This document shows positions 29,577 to 38,923 of a DNA stretch of 64,000 nucleotides, in pieces. The notes under the pieces are model-generated. The model made no database searches and was not told where the DNA came from. It saw only the letters and a program-made list of their open reading frames with translations. The number at the start of each line of letters is the position of its first letter. Positions within the stretch are counted from its first letter, which is position 1. This DNA is from Deltaproteobacteria bacterium (lineage in GTDB: Bacteria; Desulfobacterota; Desulfobacteria; Desulfobacterales; B30-G6): positions 18,606-82,605 of the forward strand of contig JAJDNW010000071.1 of NCBI GenBank assembly GCA_022340465.1, read 5' to 3'. The translations under genes were made by a program, and so were the position numbers.

Positions 29577-31856
29577 TTAGACATCCTTGCGGTAGCCGCA
29601 GTCCTTTTGTCGGCAGACGTAAAAGGTCCCTTCCTTCTTGGTGGTTTTTTCCACCAGAAAGGGGGCGCCGCATACCGGGCATTTTTCATCGACAGGCTTG
29701 TCCCAGATGGCGAAGGTGCACTCGGGAAACATGCTGCAGCCGTAGAAAATCTTGCCTCTCTTGGATTGCTTTTCCACCAGGCGGCCCTGGCAGTCCGGCT
29801 CCGGACAGTCCACGCCGGTTTCCTTCCCGGGGGCAATGGCATTTACCGAGTAGGTATTCTTGCATTCCGGAAATCCACTGCAGGCCAGGAATTTACCGTA
29901 ACGGCCCTGCTTGATGACCATGGGACGGCCGCATTTTTCACAAATTTTATCGGAGGCCTCATCTTCAGCGACTTCGATTGGCTGAATTCTGCCCTTTTCA
30001 TCCCTCAAGTAGTCCCGGGAATACCGGCACTCCGGGTACCCGCTGCAGGCCAGAAAGTGACCGTTCCTACCGACTTTCAGGTTGAGCTCCTTGCCGCATT
30101 CAGGGCAATTCTGTCCGGTGGGCAGTCCGACGCCTTTGAGGCTGGGCATGGCTTCCTTGGCTTTTTCCAGGTCGTTCCGAAACTTGTCGTAGTACTGCTG
30201 CAGGATTTCCTGGGCGTTCATCTCGGCCGATTCTATCTGGTCCAGGTTGTCTTCCATACTGGCGGTGAAGTCGACATTGAACAGGTCCGCGAAACTGTCC
30301 ACCAGAAGATCGTTGACCAGAAAGCCCAGCTCACTGGGCTGGAAATAGCGTTTGATCAGGTCCACATATCCTTTCTGGCGGATGGTTGCCAGAATTGCCG
30401 TGTAGGTGCTGGGGCGGCCGATGCCGTTTTCCTCCAGTTCCTTCACCAGCGAGGCCTCGGAGAAGCGGGGCGGCGGCTTGGTGAAGTGTTGTTTGGGATC
30501 CAGTTTGTCGAGGGTCAGCCGGTCGCCCTCGGATATTGCGGGCAGCTGCACTTTTTGCTGCTGGCTGTCTTTTTCCATTTGGTCGGTTGTGGAAAGATAG
30601 AGCGTCATGAATCCCGGGAATTTGATGGTGGAGCCGGTTGTGGAAAAGCGATAATCACCGGCGGCGACCAACAGGGTGCTCTGGTCGATGAGGGCCGGCT
30701 GCATCTGGGAGGCAACAAAGCGGTTCCATATGAGCCGGTACAGGCTAAACTGATCTTTCGTCAAAAAGGGAGCAACCTTTTCAGGGGTAAGCGCCACAGA
30801 AGTGGGCCGGATGGCTTCGTGAGCGTCCTGCGCTTTTTTACGGTTTTTAAAAAAACGGGGTTTGCCCGGGCAATATTCCGGGCCAAAACGTTCTCTGATC
30901 AGCTGCAGCGCTTCCCGGGCGGCTTCATCGGCGATGCGCGTCGAATCCGTACGCATGTAGGTGATCAACCCCACGGGTTCCCCTGCATTCAAATCGATGC
31001 CCTCGTAAAGCTGTTGCGCCAGCATCATGGTTTTTTTTGCGGAAAAGCGCAGCCTTTGGATCGATTCCTGCTGCAGTTTACTGGTAATGAAGGGCGGCTG
31101 CGGATTTCTTTTCTGGGTGCGCTTGACGATCTTTTCAACAACATAATCCGCTTGATCTAAATCCCGGATGATTTCCCGGGCTTCCTCCTGGTTGGAGATG
31201 CTGATTTGTTTGCCCTTTTTCTTAATCAGTTTGGCATCGAAGGCAGGCGGGGCGTCACCTTGCAGATGGGCGGTGATGGACCAGTATTCCCGGGGTTCGA
31301 AAGCCTGAATGGCCCGTTCCCGTTCACAGATAATCCTGAGGGCTACCGACTGCACCCGTCCGGCACTCAAGCCCCCCTTGACCTTGCGCCACAATAGGGG
31401 AGATATCTGATAGCCAACCAGACGGTCCAGGATCCGCCTGGTTTTCTGGGCCTCATATTTGTTTTGATTCAGTTCTTCGGGATGTTTAATGGCTTCGAGA
31501 ATAGCTTTTTTAGTCAGTTCGTGGAACAGCACACGGTGAAATCTGCGGCCCTTTTTTTCCAGCACCTCCGCCGCATGCCAGGCGATCGCTTCACCCTCGC
31601 GATCGGGGTCCGGGGCCAGAAAGATGTCCTGGCTGTCCCCGGCGGCTTTTTTCAGGGAAGTGATCACCTTTTTTTTACCCGGAGCAACTTTGTACTGGGG
31701 CTCGAATCCGCCCTCGATATCGATGCCTAACGATTTTACCGGCAGATCCTTGATGTGGCCGACGGTGGCCGCCACATTGTAATCCTTGCCCAGATATTTT
31801 TTTATGGTACGGACCTTTGTGGGCGACTCTACGATAACCAGGGGTTTTGAACTCAC
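29577..31856 (-). CDS. topA: DNA topoisomerase I with C-terminal zinc-ribbon repeats
   Basis: Contains the Toprim N-terminus LVIVESPTKVRTIKKYLG, the active-site region LITYMRTDSTRI, and several C-terminal CPxCG...C..C zinc fingers. GTG start at 31856 has SD GAGGGA. Confidence 0.95.
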   Translation of the reverse strand: MSSKPLVIVESPTKVRTIKKYLGKDYNVAATVGHIKDLPVKSLGIDIEGGFEPQYKVAPGKKKVITSLKKAAGDSQDIFLAPDPDREGEAIAWHAAEVLEKKGRRFHRVLFHELTKKAILEAIKHPEELNQNKYEAQKTRRILDRLVGYQISPLLWRKVKGGLSAGRVQSVALRIICERERAIQAFEPREYWSITAHLQGDAPPAFDAKLIKKKGKQISISNQEEAREIIRDLDQADYVVEKIVKRTQKRNPQPPFITSKLQQESIQRLRFSAKKTMMLAQQLYEGIDLNAGEPVGLITYMRTDSTRIADEAAREALQLIRERFGPEYCPGKPRFFKNRKKAQDAHEAIRPTSVALTPEKVAPFLTKDQFSLYRLIWNRFVASQMQPALIDQSTLLVAAGDYRFSTTGSTIKFPGFMTLYLSTTDQMEKDSQQQKVQLPAISEGDRLTLDKLDPKQHFTKPPPRFSEASLVKELEENGIGRPSTYTAILATIRQKGYVDLIKRYFQPSELGFLVNDLLVDSFADLFNVDFTASMEDNLDQIESAEMNAQEILQQYYDKFRNDLEKAKEAMPSLKGVGLPTGQNCPECGKELNLKVGRNGHFLACSGYPECRYSRDYLRDEKGRIQPIEVAEDEASDKICEKCGRPMVIKQGRYGKFLACSGFPECKNTYSVNAIAPGKETGVDCPEPDCQGRLVEKQSKRGKIFYGCSMFPECTFAIWDKPVDEKCPVCGAPFLVEKTTKKEGTFYVCRQKDCGYRKDV

Positions 31857-31996
31857 GATCTATCCCTCAAAAGGTAAAGGTTCCTGTTCCGAAGGGTCAT
31901 GCAATGAACACGCCCCTCGGCGATGATGTCGGTAACGACGGGTTCGGTGGAATGTCGTTTCTACCTGTTTCCAGACAACAATTTCAATGAAAATTT

Positions 31997-33103
31997 TTAC
32001 GGTTTCAGGGAGAACAGGTTTCCCGGGCTGCGCTGGACAACGCCTTTCAACTCCAAACTCAATAAAATTCCGGTCAGTTTTCCCACTGCCACCCCTGTTT
32101 TGGCTGCCAGAACGTCGATGTGCACGGGATAGCTGTCAAGCACATCGAAAACTGTCCGTTCGTCTGCGGACAGGAAAGGAGCCTCGGGTGTCTGCTCGTC
32201 CCCGGTGGCTTTTATGTCTGTTTTCAAATCGTTAAAAAGATGCGTAAATTCTTCGGTAACATCCCTGGCCTGTTCCACCAGCTTGGCGCCCTGTTTTATC
32301 AGGGTGTGCGTGCCGGTGCTTTTAAACGAACTGACGCTTCCCGGCACCGCGAACACCTCCCGGTTCTGTTCCGCGGCGAGGCGTGCCGTTATGAGCGAAC
32401 CACTGCGCAGCGTAGCCTCCACGACAACCGTTCCCAGGGACATACCGCTGATGACACGATTACGCATGGGGAAGTGGTGCCCCTCCGGATCGGCGCGCAG
32501 GGGAAATTCTGAGATCACTGCACCATGCCCGGCGATATCATGAAAGAGGCCGCGGTTTTCGGGAGGGTAGATTTTTTCCAGTCCGCTTCCCAGCACCGCC
32601 ACCGTGATCCCCTTTCCGGCAAGGGCGCCACGGTGGGCTGCGGTGTCTATCCCCAAGGCCATGCCGCTGACGATGGTCATTCCCTGGGCGGCGAGGTCAC
32701 GGCTCAGACGCAGGGTGGTTTGGAGGCCGTAGTCGGTGGCATTTCTGGATCCCACCATGGATATACAGTCACCGGCCCGGCCCAGATCGCCGCAGACATA
32801 CAGGAAGGGCGGAGGGTCGGGAATTTCACGCAAAAGAGCGGGGTAATCCGGGTCACGGAGCGTGACGATCCGATACCCTTTTCTGGATGCGAGGTCCAGT
32901 TCGTCATGGACCCAATCAGGTGTACGGTGCCTGTGGATGCTGCGAGCCAGCCGTTGCGACATACCATCGATCCGGCAAAGATCCTCTTCCTCGGCCTGCA
33001 TCGCCCTTGTTGGTGTTTCGAACCGATCCAGCAGACGTTTGAAAAGCAGGTTACCGATACCGGGGACGCTTCTTAAGACCAGCCATGGCAGAATGTTTTC
33101 CAT
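31997..33103 (-). CDS. dprA: DNA-processing protein DprA (Smf)
   Basis: Contains LRSVPGIGNLLFKRLLDRF (SAM-like), the Rossmann-like core GMALGIDTAAHRGAL and a C-terminal winged-helix tail. ATG at 33103 avoids overlap with secF; ATG at 33142 is an alternative. Confidence 0.85.
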   Translation of the reverse strand: MENILPWLVLRSVPGIGNLLFKRLLDRFETPTRAMQAEEEDLCRIDGMSQRLARSIHRHRTPDWVHDELDLASRKGYRIVTLRDPDYPALLREIPDPPPFLYVCGDLGRAGDCISMVGSRNATDYGLQTTLRLSRDLAAQGMTIVSGMALGIDTAAHRGALAGKGITVAVLGSGLEKIYPPENRGLFHDIAGHGAVISEFPLRADPEGHHFPMRNRVISGMSLGTVVVEATLRSGSLITARLAAEQNREVFAVPGSVSSFKSTGTHTLIKQGAKLVEQARDVTEEFTHLFNDLKTDIKATGDEQTPEAPFLSADERTVFDVLDSYPVHIDVLAAKTGVAVGKLTGILLSLELKGVVQRSPGNLFSLKP

Positions 33104-33120
33104 CGGCCCGGCCTTTTGCC

Positions 33121-34155
33121 TTATTTTTTTCGGTTTTGCCACGCCATCAGGATGGGACTGGCCACGAAAATGGACGAATAGGTTCCCACCACCACGCCGA
33201 CGGTCATGGCAAAAGCGAAATCGTGGATGATGCCGCCTCCCAGTACGAGCAGGGTGATCAGCACGATCAGCGTGGTCCCGGACGTCAGAATCGTACGTGA
33301 AAGGGTCTCGTTGATGCTGGCGTTGAGGATGAAACCCAGCCGTTGCTTGTGGTGTTTCCTCAGGTTTTCCCTGATGCGGTCGAATACGATGATGGTGTCG
33401 TTGAGCGAATAACCGATAATCGTGAGCAGCGCCGCTACAATCGGCAGCGTGAACTCCTTGCCGAACAGTGAAAAAAGACCGACCGTTATGAGCACGTCAT
33501 GAATGAGGGCCACGATGGCGCCCATGGCATACTTGAGTTCCAGGAACCAGAAAAGGATCAGGGTGACGAAAAGGGCGGCCGTCATCAGAAACGGGATGCT
33601 GACTTCGAAAATGGTGAGGACGTAGACGGCGAGCATCAGGGCTCCGGCGGTTATACCGCTCAGCATCCACTTGAGTTCGAAACGCCCTGAGATGTAAATG
33701 GTGATGAAAAGAAGGGCGAAAAACATGGCCAGAAGCGCTTTTTCTCTCAGGTCCCGCCCCACCTGCGGGCCGACCATCTCGACTCTTCGTATTTGCGCCT
33801 TTTTCCCCGTGCTCTGTTGCATGGCGGCCTCGATTTTGAGCGCCAGGTTGTCGGCCACCGTTATGGAACTGTCGGTTCGGATGAGGTATTCGTTTTCATG
33901 GGCGGCACCAAACCCCTGCACGGCCGAGGTGCCTATGTCGACGGTGGCCAGCGCCGATTTGATGTCCGCAATGGACACCTGATCGTCGAATTTTACCTGG
34001 ATGATGGTACCGCCCGCGAAGTCGATCCCTAATTTGAGGCCGCCGTGATAGACCAGGGAGACGATGGTGATCAAGATCATGGTCAGCGAAAAGGCGAAGG
34101 CGATCTTTCGCCGTCCGACAAAGTTGATATTGATACCCGGTTTAATGAACTGCAT
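33121..34155 (-). CDS. secF: Protein translocase subunit SecF
   Basis: Shows the typical SecF pattern INFVGRRKIAFAFS...GIDFAGGT... with 6 TM segments, directly after secD. Confidence 0.9.
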   Translation of the reverse strand: MQFIKPGININFVGRRKIAFAFSLTMILITIVSLVYHGGLKLGIDFAGGTIIQVKFDDQVSIADIKSALATVDIGTSAVQGFGAAHENEYLIRTDSSITVADNLALKIEAAMQQSTGKKAQIRRVEMVGPQVGRDLREKALLAMFFALLFITIYISGRFELKWMLSGITAGALMLAVYVLTIFEVSIPFLMTAALFVTLILFWFLELKYAMGAIVALIHDVLITVGLFSLFGKEFTLPIVAALLTIIGYSLNDTIIVFDRIRENLRKHHKQRLGFILNASINETLSRTILTSGTTLIVLITLLVLGGGIIHDFAFAMTVGVVVGTYSSIFVASPILMAWQNRKK

Positions 34156-34198
34156 CTATTTTTCCTTCTCTGTTGTGCCCGGTTGGGCATGTGTTTCA

Positions 34199-35776
34199 TC
34201 AGATACTGATCGTTTTGACCTTTCGGTTGATGAGAAAGTAGTCGAAGATGACCCGCGTCAGAATTAGCGCCGTGAACAGGCTTGCCACGACTCCCAGGCT
34301 GAGGGTTACCGCAAACCCCCTGACCGCGCCGGTACCGAATTGAAACAGCACCAACGCGGCGATGAGCGTAGTGACATTGGCATCGAGAATGGTGAGCGTG
34401 GCCCGGCTGTATCCGGCGTCGACGGCTGCACGGGGCGTTTTTCCCAGGTTCATTTCCTCTCGAATGCGTTCGAATATCAGCACGTTGGCATCCACGGCCA
34501 TACCGATGGTCAAAATGATGCCGGCAATGCCGGGAAGGGTCAGCGTCGCCTGAAACCCGGCCAGCCCGCCCGCGATGATCAGGATGTTCAAGATAAGGGC
34601 GATGTCGGCGATGACACCCGATCCCTTGTAGTAGACACCCATGAACAGTACGACCAGAATACCGCCGATGCACATGGAAAGAAGCCCCTTGCGGATGGAG
34701 TCGGCACCCAGGGACGGGCCGACGGTGCGCTCTTCGATGATGTTTACGGGAGCGGGGAGGGCGCCCGCCCTCAGGACGATGGCCAGATCGTGGGCCTCTT
34801 CGGTAGTGAAATTGCCGGTGATGCGGGCCTGGCCTCCGGTGATTTTTTCCTGAATCACCGGTGCCGAGTACACCTTGTTGTCGAGGACGATGGCCAGGCG
34901 CTTCTTTACATTCTGCCCCGTAATCTGGGCAAAGATTCGGCCGCCCTTTTTATCGAACTCGATGGAGACATAAGGCTCGTTGTACCGCGAATCGATCTGG
35001 ACCTTGGCGTCCGTCAGATAGGCACCGGTGAGCAACGCCCGTTTTTTTACGAGATAGGGCGTTTTGACGGTCCTGTTGGTCGACGGGTCCACCCTGCTTT
35101 GGTACAGCAGCTCCGTTCCCGGCGGGACGTTGCCCTTGAGGGCCGCACTGATATCGGCCGTCTCGTCGAGAAGTTTGAACTCCAATAGGGCTGTTTTGCC
35201 GATCAATTCCTTGGCACGCTCGGTGTCTTTGATGCCGGGCAGTTGGATGAGGATCCGCTTTTCCCCCTGGTTTCTGATGTCGGGTTCACTCACGCCAAAC
35301 TGATCGATACGATTGCGGATGGTCTCGAGGGCCTGTTCGGCCGCCAGCTTCTTGATGTGCGCGGCTTCGTCGACTGGCAGGTCCAGCTGGATGGTCTGAA
35401 CGCCGTCCACTTCATCGGTGGATGCCAGGCGCAATTCCTTGAATTCGGCGTCCAGCAGTTTATTGAATTCTGCGATGTTCTCCTCGCCCTGTATCCGGAC
35501 GGCGATTCGATGCTTGGCGGTGAGGTCGACGCCGATGACGCGCACCCTTTTACTCCTGAGCTCCGTTCTCAGTTCATGGGCGATGCGCTCGATGGTGTTT
35601 GCAACCGCTTTGTCCGTGTCGACTTCGAGAATGAGGTGCATGCCACCCTGCAGGTCGAGCCCGAGGTTGATCTTTTTATGGGGCCATGTCCCCGGCCGAA
35701 TGGTCGGCAGGATATAGACAACCGCCGCAATGGTCACCACCAGAACCGAAATAGATTTCCATGACAAGCTCTTCAA
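34199..35776 (-). CDS. secD: Protein translocase subunit SecD
   Basis: Contains LGLDLQGGMHLILEVD and a large periplasmic domain, followed by the TM bundle GPSLGADSIRKG.... TTG start at 35776 has an AAGGAA SD. Confidence 0.9.
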   Translation of the reverse strand: MKSLSWKSISVLVVTIAAVVYILPTIRPGTWPHKKINLGLDLQGGMHLILEVDTDKAVANTIERIAHELRTELRSKRVRVIGVDLTAKHRIAVRIQGEENIAEFNKLLDAEFKELRLASTDEVDGVQTIQLDLPVDEAAHIKKLAAEQALETIRNRIDQFGVSEPDIRNQGEKRILIQLPGIKDTERAKELIGKTALLEFKLLDETADISAALKGNVPPGTELLYQSRVDPSTNRTVKTPYLVKKRALLTGAYLTDAKVQIDSRYNEPYVSIEFDKKGGRIFAQITGQNVKKRLAIVLDNKVYSAPVIQEKITGGQARITGNFTTEEAHDLAIVLRAGALPAPVNIIEERTVGPSLGADSIRKGLLSMCIGGILVVLFMGVYYKGSGVIADIALILNILIIAGGLAGFQATLTLPGIAGIILTIGMAVDANVLIFERIREEMNLGKTPRAAVDAGYSRATLTILDANVTTLIAALVLFQFGTGAVRGFAVTLSLGVVASLFTALILTRVIFDYFLINRKVKTISI

Positions 35777-35985
35777 TGATCTGTTCCTTTCTTACTCCTG
35801 AGGTACGGAATCGCGGATGAACCCCAGCGGGAGTCATTGCCCCCGGCTCAACCTCATGCCGCTTATTAGGATGATCCCGGAAATTGAAGATTCCCCGCTG
35901 CATGCAGCGAGGAATCGATGATCGCTGATTTCTACCTTAAATACAGTCGACTGTGTTTCTCGCTTACTCCCTCTATCGAGTGCTT

Positions 35986-36375
35986 CTATTTGGTTTTGGC
36001 GGAACCGGCGTCGGACTTTTCTTTTTTGTCTTTTTTGGCGGCCGGTGCCGGGGGCGGGGTAATCGACTGGGACAGCGCGTTCACATTGGCCCGGTTGACT
36101 TTGACGCGGACCTTGTCGGCGATTTCGACGGTCAGCGTCTGGTCGGAGACGCCGGTGATGCGGCCATGCAGCCCGCCGCTGGTGACGATGCGGTCGCCCT
36201 TTTTGAGATTGGCCACCATATTTCGATGCTCTTTGGTTTTTTTCTGCTGCGGGCGAATCAGAAGAAAATAGAAAATGACAAACATCAGGATGAGGGGGAT
36301 GAATGCCGAAAATCCACCGGCAGCTTCTCCGCCGCCGCCCTGTGTCATTGCGTGTGCGATACTGGTAGTAAACAA
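35986..36375 (-). CDS. yajC: Preprotein translocase subunit YajC
   Basis: Contains FIPLILMFVIFYFLLIRPQQKKTKEHRNMVANLKKGDRIVTSGGLHGRI and a Lys/Pro/Ala-rich tail. TTG start has SD AGGGAGG; ATG 27 nt downstream is an alternative. Confidence 0.85.
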   Translation of the reverse strand: MFTTSIAHAMTQGGGGEAAGGFSAFIPLILMFVIFYFLLIRPQQKKTKEHRNMVANLKKGDRIVTSGGLHGRITGVSDQTLTVEIADKVRVKVNRANVNALSQSITPPPAPAAKKDKKEKSDAGSAKTK

Positions 36376-36402
36376 GTTAGCCTCCCTTGAAAATTGTAAT
36401 GG

Positions 36403-37098
36403 TCACTCAAGACCGGTGAGATCCCAAGTCATTTCAGCCGATCCCAAAACGCTGCTGACGGAGAGCGTCAGGGATGCGGTGTCTGCTGCACCCTCGCGGG
36501 ATTCTTCCGTCTTGTTTTGTTGCACCGGAAATCTTAGCAGATAAACCGATTTCCAGGGCGTAACATACGGAAAAAAGTGCTTCAGTACGACATTGTTGCG
36601 CTCCAGTTTTCTGATTTCCACCGGAGCCCTTCGCCCGCCTGCTCCATTGGTCAGAACGATTTTCCAGATAGACTTTTTGTCCGAAAAATCGTCCCAATTT
36701 TTTTCAGGCACATAGGCGGCTAAAAAAAACTCGTCATAGGTCGCAGCGGCATCTTCCTGGTCTCTAAGGAGCTTTTCCGCCTCGGCCTCACTCAGCCTGT
36801 AAAGTTTATTGTACTCCTTTACATAGGCCTTGCGGAACGGCATCGATTTGTACGTTGCGGCTGCAATCAGCTTGCAGTCGAACCCCTTGTAGATGCGGTC
36901 CTCCTTGGTCCAGCCTTCGAACACGGCCCTGTATTCCGGATTGAACCGGCTGTCGGCCGCGTATTGTTTCGGCCGGTCTTTTTTCCCGTCCTGGCAACCG
37001 ACGGTGACCGTCGTGCCGATGGCTGCCAGGCAGCCGATGATCATAAATTGCAGAACAATGACTGCAACGTATTGGATTTCTTGGGGTCGAAATTTCAT
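36403..37098 (-). CDS. Hypothetical lipoprotein
   Basis: Contains a signal peptide with lipobox FMIIGC. I recognise no catalytic motif. It sits between rng and yajC on the same strand. Confidence 0.55.
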   Translation of the reverse strand: MKFRPQEIQYVAVIVLQFMIIGCLAAIGTTVTVGCQDGKKDRPKQYAADSRFNPEYRAVFEGWTKEDRIYKGFDCKLIAAATYKSMPFRKAYVKEYNKLYRLSEAEAEKLLRDQEDAAATYDEFFLAAYVPEKNWDDFSDKKSIWKIVLTNGAGGRRAPVEIRKLERNNVVLKHFFPYVTPWKSVYLLRFPVQQNKTEESREGAADTASLTLSVSSVLGSAEMTWDLTGLE

Positions 37099-37235
37099 GA
37101 TCACTAAAAAAAACAGCTGAAAGTGGCGCTGATATACTGTAAATGATAGCCGAGGTCAAATCTTTCTTTCATTTTTTTGCTTCCAAAGGGTCGCGAAAGG
37201 GGTTGTCTGCATGCCCTCGACCTCGATCACCGGTC

Positions 37236-38705
37236 TCACGTTTTTAGGACGCAATCGATCTGACTGTCTCCTGGCGCCATCTTGCTGTCGCCGATGATTT
37301 TGATTGACACCTGCCGTCTCAATTCCAGGTCCAGGATCTCTTTGCGCTTGCTGTTGAGCAGATAATCGGCGACCTCGGCCGGAAGGGTGCCGGTCACCGA
37401 CTCGACGGCGGGTTTGAGCGATTCGAGCTGCAGTTTTCGTAAAAAGCGGATGCCGAGCGTTTCGGTGGACGGGACGAGACCTTTACCGCTGCAGTGACGG
37501 CAGGGAAGGAAACTGCCGAATTCGATGGAAGGCCGTATGCGCTGCCGGGACATCTCCATCAGGCCGAACTTCGAAATTTTGCCCACTTTGGTTTTGGCTT
37601 TGTCCGTTTTCAGCGCGTCCTTGATGGTTCTTTCGACTTCGAGCTTGTGCTTGGCGTCCCTCATGTCGATGAAATCGATGACCACGAGGCCGCCCATGTC
37701 GCGCAGGCGCAGCTGCCGGGCGATCTCTTCCGCGGCTTCCAGGTTGGTGATGTGCGCCGTTTTTTCCACGCTGTTTTGGTGGGTGGCCTTGCCTGAGTTG
37801 ACGTCGATGGAGACAAGGGCTTCGGTTTGCTGGATGACAATGGAACCACCGGATTTGAGCGTTACCCTGCTTTCGAAGATGGACGCGATCTGGTCTTCCA
37901 ACTGAAATTTTGAAAAAAGCGGTTTGGCCCCCTTGTGCAGTTTGACGATTTTCGCATGCTTGCGGGATATGATGTACACGAAATTTTTAACTTCGCGGAA
38001 CACATTTTCATCGTCGATCAGGATCTCGGTTACATCCGGCGTGAAATGGTCCCTTATGGAGCGCACGGCAAGGTTGCGCTCCTTGTAGAGCAGGGATGGA
38101 GCAGCGGCTTTGGTGCCTTTCGCATTGATGTTTTTCCACAATCTGAGCAGGTAGTTCAGGTCTTTGGATGCCAGTGTTTTGGTGCACTTTTCGCCGGCGG
38201 TGCGCACGATGATGCCAAAGCCTTCCGGAACCTTCAGGTTTTCCACGACTTCCTTCAGCCGCTTGCGTTCCTCCTCTCCGGCTATTTTCCGCGAAATGCC
38301 CCTCGTTTTCGAACCCGGCATCAACACCAGGTGGCGGCCGGGCAGGGAGATAAAGGTGGTTAGCATAGCGCCCTTTTTCAATATGGGGTCTTTGGTGATC
38401 TGGACCAGCACCTCCTGCCCCTTTTTAATGATATCCTTGATGGTCTTTTTCCCGGAGGGGGTTTCCTGGTAATAATCGCTGTGAATTTCGTGTCGCTGCA
38501 GAAAACCGTGCCTTTCGGCGCCGTAGTCGACAAAAGCGGCCTGGAGGCTGGGCTCGATGCGTGTGATAATGCCCTTGTAGATATTGCCGTGGCTGGCTTC
38601 CTTGGCGGCGCTGTCGATATCGAACTCCTCCAGGCGGCTGTCCTTTACCATGGCGATGCGACACTCTTCAGGGTCTACGGCGTTTATTAGAATTTTTGTG
38701 GTCAT
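37236..38705 (-). CDS. rng: Ribonuclease G / RNase E-G family endoribonuclease
   Basis: Contains the S1 domain GNIYKGIITRIEPSLQAAFVDYGAERHGFL and the catalytic core SGGSIVIQQTEALVSIDVNSGK...GLVVIDFIDM. Its roughly 489-aa size fits RNase G. Confidence 0.85.
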   Translation of the reverse strand: MTTKILINAVDPEECRIAMVKDSRLEEFDIDSAAKEASHGNIYKGIITRIEPSLQAAFVDYGAERHGFLQRHEIHSDYYQETPSGKKTIKDIIKKGQEVLVQITKDPILKKGAMLTTFISLPGRHLVLMPGSKTRGISRKIAGEEERKRLKEVVENLKVPEGFGIIVRTAGEKCTKTLASKDLNYLLRLWKNINAKGTKAAAPSLLYKERNLAVRSIRDHFTPDVTEILIDDENVFREVKNFVYIISRKHAKIVKLHKGAKPLFSKFQLEDQIASIFESRVTLKSGGSIVIQQTEALVSIDVNSGKATHQNSVEKTAHITNLEAAEEIARQLRLRDMGGLVVIDFIDMRDAKHKLEVERTIKDALKTDKAKTKVGKISKFGLMEMSRQRIRPSIEFGSFLPCRHCSGKGLVPSTETLGIRFLRKLQLESLKPAVESVTGTLPAEVADYLLNSKRKEILDLELRRQVSIKIIGDSKMAPGDSQIDCVLKT

Positions 38706-38923
38706 GTATTGGATTCCTTGCATTACTGTTTTTCCATAAATATGAAATTGTTATCATCAAGTCAAATGATTTTTTCGGTAGGATGAAATCGTTTTTGCAC
38801 GGCAATTATTCGGCGTGCACGCCCCTTAGAGGCGGGATTCACATCTTGCTATTTGAGGGAACCTATGGCATAAAACTGCTTTCAACCGTCCTAAACGAAT
38901 AGATCTGGAGGCATATACACCCG

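Noticed and set aside
29466-31160. A 564-aa plus-strand ORF lies antisense to topA. Similar long antisense ORFs occur at 39275..40255, 40358..41629, 42664..43995, 46583..47575, 57387..58673, 58514..59674 and 63042..63992.
   Set aside because: Each lies opposite a gene with unmistakable conserved motifs (TopA, LeuS, MurJ, UDG, NfeD, HslU). Their translations are Arg/Gly/Pro-rich low-information sequences. This is the expected stop-codon-poor antisense frame of GC-rich coding DNA.
38706-38923. T-box or leucine leader upstream of leuS, and likewise in the cimA-leuA spacer 23960-24116.
   Set aside because: There is no specifier-loop or T-box sequence (the conserved T-box 14-mer is absent). The only mini-ORF in the leuA spacer (32 codons) has a single Leu codon and no Leu run.
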